From Candidatus Marinacidobacterales bacterium (lineage in GTDB: Bacteria > Acidobacteriota > Vicinamibacteria > Marinacidobacterales > SMYC01): a DNA stretch of 64,000 nt. Positions 29,573-39,669 of the stretch are shown here, in pieces. The position numbers were made by a program, and so were the translations under genes. The DNA lies in assembly GCA_965224085.1 (NCBI GenBank), contig CBDCYI010000004.1, forward strand, positions 1,536,001-1,600,000, in the 5' to 3' direction. The notes beneath the pieces are model-generated. The model did no database searches. It worked only from the letters and a program-made list of their open reading frames with translations, and was not told where the DNA came from. How positions within the stretch are numbered: the stretch's first letter is position 1; the number at the start of each line of letters is the position of its first letter.

Positions 29573-30163
29573 ATGATTCAGAGACGCTTTCCTCTCCTTT
29601 TGTCATCGTTTTTCGTGCTCGCTTCGCTACCTTTGGGAGCCCAGCCTGTGGCTGTGACCTTCGATGCGGGGCTTGTGAGCATCAGCTGCCAGAACGCGCC
29701 TCTTTCTGCCGTTTTCGACGTGCTCGAAGAGGTCACGGGCATGGAGCTCATCCTGGAAGACGCCGTCAAATCGACAAAGCTGAACGCCGATCTCACCGAC
29801 GTCCCGCTCGCGATGGCGGTGCAGCGGCTATTGGAAGGCAACGGCGTGAACTACGCCGTGATGATGGATCCGCGGGACTGGGGTCGCGTCGACAAGGTCT
29901 TCGTCGGCGCCGGGGGCGGCGCTCCCGCACGGCGGCCGGCACCGGCCCCAAGACGGGCGCCCCAGCCACGACCGCAGCCGGTCGAGGACGACGATTACGA
30001 CGACGAGACGGACGACTTCGAAGACGACGACATGGATGAAATGGATGAAATGAACGACGAAGAGATGGAGGACGACCCGAACGCGTTCCCGCCGCCGGGT
30101 AGCACTCCCGTGCCGAGCTATCTGGCGCCAACCCACCGCCGCCCGCGACTTTCCCGTTCTTAG
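29573..30163 (+). CDS. Exported protein with STN-like domain and acidic tail; 3' end probably frameshifted (natural end perhaps ~30262)
   Basis: Signal peptide, NAPLSAVFDVLEEVTG...DVPLAMAVQRLL; PVPPNQQQ-like repeats downstream lie in shifted frames. Confidence 0.55.
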   Translation: MIQRRFPLLLSSFFVLASLPLGAQPVAVTFDAGLVSISCQNAPLSAVFDVLEEVTGMELILEDAVKSTKLNADLTDVPLAMAVQRLLEGNGVNYAVMMDPRDWGRVDKVFVGAGGGAPARRPAPAPRRAPQPRPQPVEDDDYDDETDDFEDDDMDEMDEMNDEEMEDDPNAFPPPGSTPVPSYLAPTHRRPRLSRS

Positions 30164-30316
30164 ATGCGCTCGGCAAAATACGCCCCATCCCCGTCCCGCC
30201 GAACCAGCAACAAATGCCCCATCCCCGTCCCGGCAAAGCAGCAGAAACAGCAACAAAACTAGCTCGCCGGCCAACCGCCATAGCGAGGACGCCCGCGAGG
30301 CTGCTATCCTGCAGCC

Positions 30317-32383
30317 GTGGCGAATCCGGCGGACAAATCGATCGACGCTTACCGGGCAAAGCGTGACTTCGATCGGACCCCCGAGCCCGCTCCAGAAGGG
30401 CGCACCGACACGGGCTTCGCGTCGTTCGTCGTCCACCGGCACGAGGCTCGCAGGCTTCATTACGACCTTCGCTTGGAGATGGAAGGGGTCCTCAAATCCT
30501 GGGCTATACCTCGCGGCTTCTCCTACGATCCTACGGTAAAAAAACTCGCCGTCCGCACGGAGGATCACCCGCTCGCCTATACAGATTTTCACGGCGTCAT
30601 CCCGAAAGGCGAGTATGGCGGCGGCACGATGACGATCTGGGACCGCGGCCGCTACGAGCTCTTGAAAGCCGACGACGGACCCGAAGCCGTCGAAGCAGGC
30701 AAAGTCGAGATAAAGCTGCGGGGCGGGAAGCTGCGCGGCGAATGGCACCTCGTTAAAACGAGGTCGGAAAAACAAGAATGGATCCTCTTCAAAGCACGGG
30801 ACCGCTACTCACGCGACGACGCCGAGAAGCAACCTTTCTTCGATCTCGCGCGCGCGAGCGAGGCACCAGTGCCCGAGCGCGTCGCGCCCATGACGGCGGG
30901 AGAGCCATCCAAGCGCTTTTCCGATCCGGCGTGGCTCTACGAAGTCGAGTTCGCGGGAGAACGAGCGGCGCTTCGCATCGCGAGCGAGAAGACGACGATC
31001 GTCGGTGCGAATGGCGACCTGCTCGGAGACGTCCTCGAGGACGTAGGGCGCTTGCGCTGTGAGCACGCATATGTCGACGGCGTACTCGTCGCGACCGACA
31101 AGAACCAACGACCGTCTCGCGCCGAGCTCGATCGCCGTTTCCGCGGAGAGTCCGACGCGACCGTCGTCTTCTACGCGTTCGATATCCTTCACTACGAGGA
31201 GTGGGATATACGCGCGTTGCCGCTTCTCGAGCGAAAGCAAATATTGCGCGCCGTCTTACCCAAGCTCCAGCACGTTCTGTTCGTCGACCACGTCGCGGCG
31301 CGCGGTGAGGAATTTTGCAGCCTCACCGAGGCCGCCGGGCTTCCCGCCGTCATCGCCAAAAAAGCGGCCGGCTCTTACGCATCAGGACCGTGCGGAGATT
31401 GGCGCCGCATAAAAACGATGGACGCGATTGGGGCTAGCGACAAAGATCTCGTCGAGGCCATGAGCACTCGCAAGCCGAGCACGCGCAAGATCAAGTTCAC
31501 GAACCTCGACAAGATCTTCTGGCCGGAAGAGGGCTATACCAAAGGCGATCTGATCCGCTATTACGAGCATGTCGCCGAGACGCTACTTCCCTATCTTCAC
31601 GAACGTCCCTGCCACATGTTGCGCTATCCGGACGGCATCCACGGCAAGGCCTTTTACCAAAAGGACGCTCCCGACCACGTCCCCGACTGGGTCGAGACCG
31701 AGAGCATCTCCTCGGACAGCAAGGGCGAGGCCATCCGCTACATCGTTTGCAATGACCGGAACACTCTCGTGCTCATGGCCAACCTCGCGAGCATCGACAT
31801 TCATCCATGGTTCTCGCGCCGAAAATCGCAGGACGCGCCAGACTGGGCGGTCTTCGACCTCGACCCCGACGGGTCACCCTTTCCCGATGTCGTGAAGATT
31901 GCACGGACTGTGGGAAAGGTCTTGCGAGGTATCGGGCTCCGGCCCTATTTGAAAACCTCGGGCGCAACCGGCCTTCACGTCTACGTTCCGGTAAAGCCGA
32001 GATACACGTACGAGCACACCCGCCGGTTCTGTGAAGCGGTCGCGATTCACATCGTCAAAGAGCACAAAGACATCGCGACGGTGGAGCGCGTCGTGAGCCG
32101 CAGGCGCGGGAAGGTCTATATCGACTTCTTGCAAAACCGCAAAGGCCAGACGATCGTACCTGCGTACAGCGTGCGGCCGCGGCCGAAAGCGCCCGTTTCC
32201 GCGCCACTCGATTGGGATGAGCTCGACCTCGATCTCGAACCGACTATGTTCAACATCAAGACGATGCTGCCGCGACTCAAAAAGGTCGGCGATCTCTTTC
32301 AGGGAACGCTACGCGACCAGCAAGACTTACTGCCCGCAATCGAAGCGTTCCAGAAGCACTATTTGGACGAGCGCGACCACTAG
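30317..32383 (+). CDS. ligD: LigD-type NHEJ protein: phosphoesterase, degenerate ligase, primase-polymerase
   Basis: YRAKRDF..TPEP, HYDLRLE; RYPDG, FYQK, FDLDP, KTSGATGLH, YIDFLQN. Confidence 0.9.
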   Translation: MANPADKSIDAYRAKRDFDRTPEPAPEGRTDTGFASFVVHRHEARRLHYDLRLEMEGVLKSWAIPRGFSYDPTVKKLAVRTEDHPLAYTDFHGVIPKGEYGGGTMTIWDRGRYELLKADDGPEAVEAGKVEIKLRGGKLRGEWHLVKTRSEKQEWILFKARDRYSRDDAEKQPFFDLARASEAPVPERVAPMTAGEPSKRFSDPAWLYEVEFAGERAALRIASEKTTIVGANGDLLGDVLEDVGRLRCEHAYVDGVLVATDKNQRPSRAELDRRFRGESDATVVFYAFDILHYEEWDIRALPLLERKQILRAVLPKLQHVLFVDHVAARGEEFCSLTEAAGLPAVIAKKAAGSYASGPCGDWRRIKTMDAIGASDKDLVEAMSTRKPSTRKIKFTNLDKIFWPEEGYTKGDLIRYYEHVAETLLPYLHERPCHMLRYPDGIHGKAFYQKDAPDHVPDWVETESISSDSKGEAIRYIVCNDRNTLVLMANLASIDIHPWFSRRKSQDAPDWAVFDLDPDGSPFPDVVKIARTVGKVLRGIGLRPYLKTSGATGLHVYVPVKPRYTYEHTRRFCEAVAIHIVKEHKDIATVERVVSRRRGKVYIDFLQNRKGQTIVPAYSVRPRPKAPVSAPLDWDELDLDLEPTMFNIKTMLPRLKKVGDLFQGTLRDQQDLLPAIEAFQKHYLDERDH

Positions 32384-32389
32384 GCTAGC

Positions 32390-32803
32390 CTAGCCGTCTG
32401 AAAGGTCGAGAACGTCGAGACCCAAATGTGTTCTCACCGCGCGCCCGAAACGGGCATCGGTAGTCAAAAGTCGAGCCTCGAGCTCTTCGGCAAGCGCGAC
32501 ATAGGTCGCGTCGTAGGCTGTGAAATTCTCGCGCAATTGAAGAATTCTTCCAAGGAGCGCCGCATGGGCATACCGGGTCAGAGGAAGGTCGACGAGATCG
32601 ATCGCGGCGTCCGAGGCGCGCCGTGCCGAGAGCACCCCGGCACGCATCGCGCGCCGCAAAACCGCCGCGATCTCAACATCACATAGCGCGGGAACGTGCA
32701 AGTCGGCGTCGCGCTCTACGATGACCTGCGTCACCGCCGGCCCGACGGCAGTGCCAAGAAGATAGTCGGCCAACGCGGACGCATCGATGACTACGCGCGT
32801 CAC
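32390..32803 (-). CDS. vapC: VapC PIN-domain toxin
   Basis: VVIDASAL, NFTAYDATYVALAE, LLTTD. Confidence 0.92.
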   Translation of the reverse strand: MTRVVIDASALADYLLGTAVGPAVTQVIVERDADLHVPALCDVEIAAVLRRAMRAGVLSARRASDAAIDLVDLPLTRYAHAALLGRILQLRENFTAYDATYVALAEELEARLLTTDARFGRAVRTHLGLDVLDLSDG

Positions 32804-33039
32804 GAGCCGATGTGCTCGTTCCGCTCGTCGCGCAACCAATCCGCGGCCGAACGACCCAAGTCTACTCGAGGACGCTTGGCGATACGCTCGAAGACCTCAC
32901 TCGCCTCAGGACGGCTCACCGCGCGTTCGAGAAGTTTCTGGACGAAGTCGGTCAGCGATTGACCCGCCGCTTTGGCTCGTTTCGTGAGCTCTCGATGCAG
33001 TCGATCCGGGACGTTGCGTACTTGGATCATCTTGGACAC
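32800..33039 (-). CDS. FitA-like ribbon-helix-helix antitoxin
   Basis: IQVRNVPDRLHRELTKRAKAAGQSL; GTGA overlap with the toxin. Confidence 0.88.
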   Translation of the reverse strand: MSKMIQVRNVPDRLHRELTKRAKAAGQSLTDFVQKLLERAVSRPEASEVFERIAKRPRVDLGRSAADWLRDERNEHIGS

Positions 33040-33051
33040 ATCTCCAGCATG

Positions 33052-33072
33052 GCACATGTGTACCACATGTGC
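33052..33072. promoter_or_regulatory. Palindromic operator of the TA operon
   Basis: Perfect GCACATGTG-TAC-CACATGTGC just upstream of the antitoxin RBS. Confidence 0.7.
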
Positions 33073-33078
33073 AAATGA

Positions 33079-33714
33079 TTACGGATAAAACGGTGCGAGT
33101 TTTTCGTAGATGGCCGCGGTGGCGCGGCAGTCTTGAAGGCAATAGCGCACGATTTCGTCCAGCCGGCCGTCCTCATAGGCCTGGCCGACGGAAGCGCCAT
33201 CCATCTTCGACTTCGGCGACGCTACGCCAAAGACGGCACAAAAATAGTCGAGGCTTCCGCGGCGTCGGCGGTCGTTCCCCTCGAGCGCTTCACGCAGATC
33301 GAAATGGGGGTAGGTGGTGAGCGGCTCCGACGGGATCACGACCCGCGGTCTCAGATCGTGAATGGCGCTGCGGACGTTGAGATAGGGGATGTCGAACCGC
33401 TTTCCGTTGAAGGTCACATAGCGCTCCGGCTCGTTTGCCGACAGCCAGTCCCAGAAGCTCGTGAGCAGAGCGGGCTCATCCCCCTCCCAGAAAATATGCT
33501 CCGCCTCTCCGTCCGTGTCCACGAGCCCGATCACGATCACGCGCCCCGTGGTCGGGTCGAGCCCGAAGCGCGACACCAAGTCCTCGCGGCGCTTCTCGAG
33601 CTCTTCGGGCTCCGGGTTGTCGCGCTCGAGACTTCGAAATAAATAGTCTCGCGCGCGCTCGGGGACCGCGTCGATCGATTGACCGACGGTCTCGATGTCG
33701 AGGACTAGCGCCAT
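33079..33714 (-). CDS. PolB-like 3'-5' exonuclease (DEDDy)
   Basis: LDIET, TFNGKRFDIPYL, YCLQD; TAATG coupling to the upstream gene. Confidence 0.88.
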   Translation of the reverse strand: MALVLDIETVGQSIDAVPERARDYLFRSLERDNPEPEELEKRREDLVSRFGLDPTTGRVIVIGLVDTDGEAEHIFWEGDEPALLTSFWDWLSANEPERYVTFNGKRFDIPYLNVRSAIHDLRPRVVIPSEPLTTYPHFDLREALEGNDRRRRGSLDYFCAVFGVASPKSKMDGASVGQAYEDGRLDEIVRYCLQDCRATAAIYEKLAPFYP

Positions 33715-36545
33715 TAATCGAGCCCCGCCGCAAGCGCCGCGATCTGCGCCGGGTGGTAGGCGCTTCGCCCGGTAGCGTCCGTAATTTGATGTCGGCACGA
33801 CGTGCCGGGCGCGACGAGGACCGTGTCGAGAGGCGCATCCCGAACCGCCGGCAGGAGACGCCGCTCCGCCATCTGAAGAGAGATATCGAAATGCTCTTGC
33901 TCGTAGCCGAACGAGCCCGCCATCCCGCAGCAACCCGCGTCGATGAATTGAACGTCGCTCCCCATCTTTTTGAAAAAAGCCATGAGAGGCTCGATGCCCA
34001 CGATCGCCTTCAAGTGACAATGGCCGTGCAGAAGAAGATTCGCAGGCGCTTCGGGGAAATCGAGCTCGAGGCCGTCGAGCTCCTCGAGCAGGAAGCTGTG
34101 CTCAGCGAGTCTCTTCGCGTCGTCGCCGGGAACGAGATCCGGATACTCGTCGCGGAAGCTGAGGATACAGGACGGTTCGAGACCGACGATGGGGACGCCG
34201 TCGCGCGCGAACGCAGACAGCACGTGGACGTTTTCGGTCGCGAGCGAGCGCGCGCGCTCGAGCATCCCTTTCGAGATCGCCGGCCTCCCGCAGCAGACTT
34301 TCTTCGCGAGCATCACTTCGAACCCGCCTGCTTCGAGCACGGCAACGGCCGCTTTGCCGATTTCGGGCTCATGGAAGTTCATAAAGGTGTCGTGAAACAA
34401 AACGACCTTCTGTGTCGCTCGGCAGGGGGCGCGGCGGGCGAACCACGCCTCGAAGGTCTCGGCAGCGAACGGCGGAAGGCTTCGCCGGCGATCGATCCCC
34501 GTGATCGATTCGAGCAGGCCGCGAAACCAACTTTGGCGGATGAGCCAGTTCGCGATCGGGCGAGTGGCGACCCCGAAACGCCCAGCCACATCTGGACGGG
34601 TGAAGAGACGATCCCGCATCGGGTAAGGCCGATCGCGATGGTAGAGCGCGAGATACTCTGATTTGATCTTCGCCATGTCGACGTTTGATGGACATTCCGC
34701 TTTGCAGCCTTTGCAGGAGATGCAGAGGTCCATCACTTCGTGAAGGCGATCGCTCGCGAAGTCTTGCGGGGGCAAACGGCCGTCGAGAACCGCGCGGAGC
34801 GCATTGGCGCGGCCCCGCGTCGAGTGCTCCTCGTCGCGCGTCACCATGAATGAAGGACACATCGTGCCTTCGAGACTCTTCCGGCAGACGCCGGCACCGT
34901 TACAAAGCTCGATGGCGCGGGCGAAGCCGCCTTCGTGCGTATAGGGAAAATAGGTTTTTGGCTCAAGCGCCCTGTACGCCTCGCCGTAGCGCAAATCTTC
35001 GTCCATCGCGGGCGCGTCGACGACTTTCCCGGGATTCATGAGGCCTTTGGGATCGAAGGCGGCTTTGAGCTCTTTGAACGCACTATAGATCTGCTCGCCG
35101 AAAAGACGCTCGTTGAAGTGGCTGCGTGCGAGCCCGTCGCCATGCTCGCCGCTCATTGAGCCCCCGTACTCGACGACGAGATCGAAGACCTCTTCCGCGA
35201 TGGTGGTCATTTTGGTCACTTCGGCGCCCTCTTTGAGATTGATGAGCGGGCGGATGTGCAGACACCCCGCCCCCGCATGGGCATAGAACGAGCCGACCGT
35301 TCCGTGACGGCCGAGAATCTCTTCGAAACGGCGGATGAAATCTGGAACACGCTCGGGCGCGACCGCCGTGTCTTCGACAAACGCGATGGGCTTGCGATCG
35401 CCGGGAAGGCCGAGAAGAAGGGGAAGCGCCGCCTTGCGGACCTTCCAGACATTGGCCTGGGCTGCGGCATCAACAACGCGCACCATCGGCTTCGCCGACG
35501 CGCCGATGCGAGCTTCGAGCGCGTCGAGCTTCGACAAGACTTCCTTCTCGCTCTCACCCGAGAACTCGACGATCATGAGCGCTTTGGGCTCGCCCTGAAC
35601 GAAGTGCATGCGGCGCGAATATTCGAGCGATTTTCGCGCGAGGTCCATGACCATTTCATCGACGAGCTCGACCGCGGAAGGCTCGAGCTCTAGAATCTCG
35701 GTGCCGCACTCGAGTGCGGGGAGCAGCCCGTCGAAGTGGAGCACCGCGAGCGCCACGGCCGGAGGCAGTGGGACAAGGTTGATTTTCGCTTCGACGACCG
35801 TCGCGAGCGTCCCCTCGGAGCCCACGACGACTTTGGCCAAGTTGACCACGTCGGGATGCAAGAGCTCGTCGAGGTTGTAACCGCTCACACGCCTCGGAAT
35901 CTTCGGGTAGCGGCGGTCGATCGCGTCGCGATGTTTACCGGCAAGCGCCACCGCCTTCCGGTAAATGGCGGCCTCGAGCCCTTCCCCTTCGGTCTTCTTT
36001 GGAAGGTCGCTCCGCGGCACCGGGCCGAACGTGACCGGGGTTCCGTCCGAGAGGATGGCTTTGACTTCCAAAACGTTCTCGACGGTCTTCCCGTAAATGA
36101 GAGAGCGAGCCCCGGCCGAGTTGTTCCCGACCATGCCACCAAGGTTGGCGCGATTGCTCGTCGCCGTCTCGGGACCGAAGCGCAGCCCATGAGGCTTCAG
36201 GTGTGCGCCGAGAACGTCGTGGATGATCCCCGGCTGTACCCGGGCCCAATACTCTTCGGGACAGATTTCGACGACGTCCCGCATGAACTTGGAGTGATCG
36301 AGGATGAGCGCCTCGCCGACGGCTTGGCCCGCGAGCGACGTCCCCGCGCCGCGCGGAAGGATGGGGACGCCCTCGCGCGCGGCAATGCGGACCGCACGCT
36401 CGACGTCGCCGGCGTGCCGCGGCACGACGACGCCAATCGGCTCCTTCTGGTAAATGCTCGCATCCGTGGAATAGAGTATTTTCGTGTAGCGATCGAAGCG
36501 GACTTCACCTTCGATATGCTCCCGGAGCTCTTCGGCCAGACCCAT
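33714..36545 (-). CDS. FAD-linked oxidoreductase with 4Fe-4S and CCG domains (YdiJ/D-hydroxyacid dehydrogenase-like)
   Basis: RGAGTSLAGQ, GSEGTL, GEHGDG, CISCKGCKAECP, CCG motifs. Confidence 0.92.
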   Translation of the reverse strand: MGLAEELREHIEGEVRFDRYTKILYSTDASIYQKEPIGVVVPRHAGDVERAVRIAAREGVPILPRGAGTSLAGQAVGEALILDHSKFMRDVVEICPEEYWARVQPGIIHDVLGAHLKPHGLRFGPETATSNRANLGGMVGNNSAGARSLIYGKTVENVLEVKAILSDGTPVTFGPVPRSDLPKKTEGEGLEAAIYRKAVALAGKHRDAIDRRYPKIPRRVSGYNLDELLHPDVVNLAKVVVGSEGTLATVVEAKINLVPLPPAVALAVLHFDGLLPALECGTEILELEPSAVELVDEMVMDLARKSLEYSRRMHFVQGEPKALMIVEFSGESEKEVLSKLDALEARIGASAKPMVRVVDAAAQANVWKVRKAALPLLLGLPGDRKPIAFVEDTAVAPERVPDFIRRFEEILGRHGTVGSFYAHAGAGCLHIRPLINLKEGAEVTKMTTIAEEVFDLVVEYGGSMSGEHGDGLARSHFNERLFGEQIYSAFKELKAAFDPKGLMNPGKVVDAPAMDEDLRYGEAYRALEPKTYFPYTHEGGFARAIELCNGAGVCRKSLEGTMCPSFMVTRDEEHSTRGRANALRAVLDGRLPPQDFASDRLHEVMDLCISCKGCKAECPSNVDMAKIKSEYLALYHRDRPYPMRDRLFTRPDVAGRFGVATRPIANWLIRQSWFRGLLESITGIDRRRSLPPFAAETFEAWFARRAPCRATQKVVLFHDTFMNFHEPEIGKAAVAVLEAGGFEVMLAKKVCCGRPAISKGMLERARSLATENVHVLSAFARDGVPIVGLEPSCILSFRDEYPDLVPGDDAKRLAEHSFLLEELDGLELDFPEAPANLLLHGHCHLKAIVGIEPLMAFFKKMGSDVQFIDAGCCGMAGSFGYEQEHFDISLQMAERRLLPAVRDAPLDTVLVAPGTSCRHQITDATGRSAYHPAQIAALAAGLD

Positions 36546-36583
36546 GGCGGCCGATTCTACCATTGTGCTAGATTTGGGCCCCC

Positions 36584-37588
36584 GTGAAACGCTTCTTCGG
36601 TCTTCTTGGTGCTCCGTGCGCGCTCTGCACCCTGCTAGTGCTACTCGTGCTCACACTCTCCTGCGGCGGAGCGGAAAACGGCAAGCTCGTCATCCGCCTG
36701 GGACATATCGGCTTTCCCGAGTCCCCCTTCGACCGAGCCTCGCGGAAATTCAAAGAACTCCTCGAAGCGCGCTTTCCCGAGCGCGTCGAAGTACGCATCT
36801 TCGGCTCCGGCCAGCTCGGTGAAGATAAAGAAATGCTCGAAGGGCTGCGCCTGGGGACACTCGAGATGCACGTGCCCTCGTCGGTCCTGCATTCCGTCGA
36901 GCCCATGTTCGGTGTTTTCGACCTACCGTTTCTCGTACAGGATCGCGGCCAGATCGAGCGCATCGCGGACGGCCCCACGAGTGAAAGCCTCAAAGAGAAG
37001 CTCCTCGATCACGAACTTGTTCTTCTCGGTTTCTGGGAGAACGGCTTTCGGATGATCACGAACAACGTGCGGCCGGTCGTGCGACCTGAAGATCTGGCCG
37101 GCATCAAGATCCGAACCCCCAAGGACCCCGAGCGGGTGAAGCTCTTCAAAGCGTTCGGAGCCAACCCGACCTCGATGAGCTTCGGCGAAGTGTTCTCGGC
37201 GCTCAAGCAAGGCGTCATCGACGGTCAGGAGAACCCGTTCTCGCAAATCGTCCCCGCGCGCTTTCACGAAGTACAGAAATATCTCTCGGTCTCGCGGCAC
37301 GTATACTCGCCGGCCTACCCGCTGATGAGCCAATCATTTTTCGCGGCTCTCGACGACGACATAAAAGACGCGATTCGGGAGGTCGCCGAGGAAGTCGGAC
37401 GCTTCCATCGCGAGCTCGGCAAAAAGGAAGACGCTCGCTATCGCATCATGCTCGAAGACGAGCTCGAGATTACAGAGATCGACTTCGAAGCCTTCGCCGC
37501 CAAAGCAGGGCCCCTCTACGAAGCGTTCAACGAGCACTACGGCCCCGCGCTCGTCGAGACGATCCAGTCCTACCGAAGTCAAGAATAG
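36584..37588 (+). CDS. dctP: TRAP substrate-binding protein
   Basis: ENGFR, GIKIR, ALKQGVIDGQENP. Confidence 0.92.
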   Translation: MKRFFGLLGAPCALCTLLVLLVLTLSCGGAENGKLVIRLGHIGFPESPFDRASRKFKELLEARFPERVEVRIFGSGQLGEDKEMLEGLRLGTLEMHVPSSVLHSVEPMFGVFDLPFLVQDRGQIERIADGPTSESLKEKLLDHELVLLGFWENGFRMITNNVRPVVRPEDLAGIKIRTPKDPERVKLFKAFGANPTSMSFGEVFSALKQGVIDGQENPFSQIVPARFHEVQKYLSVSRHVYSPAYPLMSQSFFAALDDDIKDAIREVAEEVGRFHRELGKKEDARYRIMLEDELEITEIDFEAFAAKAGPLYEAFNEHYGPALVETIQSYRSQE

Positions 37589-38080
37589 GTGCTGGTGACT
37601 TTTCTCAGCACCCTGCCAGACCGCGTCGAGAATATTCTTCGCTCCGTCCTCTCCGCCGCCGTCGCGCTCGTGCTCGCTGCCATCGCCGTCATCTGTTTTC
37701 TCGAAGTGGTGCGTCGTCCCTTTGGCGGAAGCTTCGTTTGGTATGACGAGTTCGTCGGCTACCTGCTCGTGTGGTTGACCTTTCTCGCGGCGGTCCTTGC
37801 CCGATCGCACCACCAGCACATTGGAGTCGACAACGTTCTCGAGAAAGTCTCGGCAGGCGCCCGACGCGCCATCGAGCTCGTGGGCCACGCGATCATGATC
37901 GCCGTGCACATCGTGCTCTTCCTCTATGGCGCAGAGCTCGTCTCTCGCTTCCTGACCGAGCGTGCGATCACCGTGGATATCCCGGTAGGGCTCATCTACG
38001 CGATCATCCCGCTATCGGCGGCGCTGATGTTGATCGTGGAAATCATCCATGTCGCTCGGCTTGTGAGCTCAAGAGAGTAG
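37589..38080 (+). CDS. dctQ: TRAP small permease
   Basis: 4 TM segments, WYDE, HIGVD. Confidence 0.88.
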   Translation: MLVTFLSTLPDRVENILRSVLSAAVALVLAAIAVICFLEVVRRPFGGSFVWYDEFVGYLLVWLTFLAAVLARSHHQHIGVDNVLEKVSAGARRAIELVGHAIMIAVHIVLFLYGAELVSRFLTERAITVDIPVGLIYAIIPLSAALMLIVEIIHVARLVSSRE

Positions 38081-38087
38081 CCAGGCC

Positions 38088-39371
38088 ATGGAGTTTCTTC
38101 TTCTCCCGCTACTCCTCGTTCTCATCGCCATCGGGGTTCCGATCGGCTACGCGCTCATCGCTGCAGGTATCGTCATCATCGCGCTCACGACCTCGACGCC
38201 GCTCGTCGTCGTAGCACAGCGTCTATTCAACGGGTCCGACAGCTTTCCGATGGTCGCCGTGCCGCTCTTCATCCTCGCGGGTGCCCTGATGAACCACGCG
38301 GGCATCTCCCGGCGACTCGTGGATTTCGCCGCGAGCCTCGTTGGCTTCGTCCGAGGGGGGCTCGCGATGACGACAACACTCTCGAGCATGTTCTTCTCCG
38401 AAGTCTCGGGCTCCGCGGTCGCGGATGCTGCTGCTCTCGGAAGTGTCCTCATCCCGGCGATGAAAGAGCGCGGCTACCCCGCACGCTTCGCCGCTGCCGT
38501 TTTGTCCTCATCGGCGACGATCGCTATCATCATCCCGCCATCCATTCCAATGATCCTCTTCGGCGCCATCACCGGAGCGTCGATCGTCAAGCTCTTCATG
38601 GCCGGTGTCGTCCCCGGCATACTCGCCGGGCTCGCCATCATGGGAACGAGCTACTGGCTCGCCCGGCGCGGCGGCTTCGCCGAATCCGAGCCCTTCGATA
38701 TCAAAAAAGTGGGGAAAGGCTTTCGCCGCGGGTTTTGGGCGCTCAGCCTCCCTATCGTCATTCTTGGTGGCATCTTCGCCGGCATCTTCACGGCCACGGA
38801 AGCCGCCGCGGTCGCTGTGTTTCTGGCCCTGAGCCTCGGACTGTTCGCCTATCGGGGCATGAAGCCAAACGCCCTCTGGACGATCCTGGTCGACTCCGCG
38901 CGTCAAACCGCGGTGGTCATGATCCTGGTGGCGGGCTCCGCCGTGCTCGGCTGGTACCTCGCGAACCAACAAGTCCCGGCGCGGCTCGCGACGTTCATCC
39001 TTACAAACGTCACCGGAAACGTCATGGCGCTTCTACTCATCGACGCCATCCTGCTCGCGGCGGGGATGATCCTGCATAGCGCGGCAGCCATCGTGCTGCT
39101 CGTTCCCATCCTGCTGCCATTGACGACAGAACTCGGCCTCGACCCCATCCACTTTGGATTGATGGTGACGGTGAGCCTCGCCATCGGGCAGCAAACCCCT
39201 CCCGTCGCGTCGGTCTTGATCACGACGTGCTCCATCGCCGATGTCCCGATGTGGGACGTGATGCGGGTGAACATCTACTTCATCCTCGCGCTCGCGGTCG
39301 TGCTGCTGCTCGTGACGTTTTTTCCGGGCTTGAGCCTCTTTTTGCCGGAGCTTTTGTCGGCCAAGCCCTAG
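38088..39371 (+). CDS. dctM: TRAP large permease
   Basis: AVPLFILAG, SGSAVAD, IIPPSI, TATEAA, TPPV. Confidence 0.93.
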   Translation: MEFLLLPLLLVLIAIGVPIGYALIAAGIVIIALTTSTPLVVVAQRLFNGSDSFPMVAVPLFILAGALMNHAGISRRLVDFAASLVGFVRGGLAMTTTLSSMFFSEVSGSAVADAAALGSVLIPAMKERGYPARFAAAVLSSSATIAIIIPPSIPMILFGAITGASIVKLFMAGVVPGILAGLAIMGTSYWLARRGGFAESEPFDIKKVGKGFRRGFWALSLPIVILGGIFAGIFTATEAAAVAVFLALSLGLFAYRGMKPNALWTILVDSARQTAVVMILVAGSAVLGWYLANQQVPARLATFILTNVTGNVMALLLIDAILLAAGMILHSAAAIVLLVPILLPLTTELGLDPIHFGLMVTVSLAIGQQTPPVASVLITTCSIADVPMWDVMRVNIYFILALAVVLLLVTFFPGLSLFLPELLSAKP

Positions 39372-39372
39372 C

Positions 39373-39663
39373 TTAGCTGCTACGCGCCCGCGCGAGCTGA
39401 ACGACCGTCGCGCCCCAGCCGCCGCGGTCCGGCGTGGCTTCCTCGAAAGCCTCGACGAGCTCGCTCTTCTCGAGGACACTTCGCACCCGTTGTTTCTGAA
39501 CGCCTTTGCCACGGCCGTGGATGATCCGCACCTCTTCGAATCCCGCTTCCCGCGCCGCTTCCAGATAGGACGCCACCACATCGGCGATGTCCCGGGGCGC
39601 GAACGTATGAAGATCGATGCTGTCCTCAATGGGGTGCTCGACCGGTCGTTCGTCTTCAGTCAT
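39373..39663 (-). CDS. Smr/MutS2 C-terminal domain protein
   Basis: IDLH, IIHGRGKG, GGWGATVV. Confidence 0.92.
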   Translation of the reverse strand: MTEDERPVEHPIEDSIDLHTFAPRDIADVVASYLEAAREAGFEEVRIIHGRGKGVQKQRVRSVLEKSELVEAFEEATPDRGGWGATVVQLARARSS

Positions 39664-39669
39664 CGTGCG

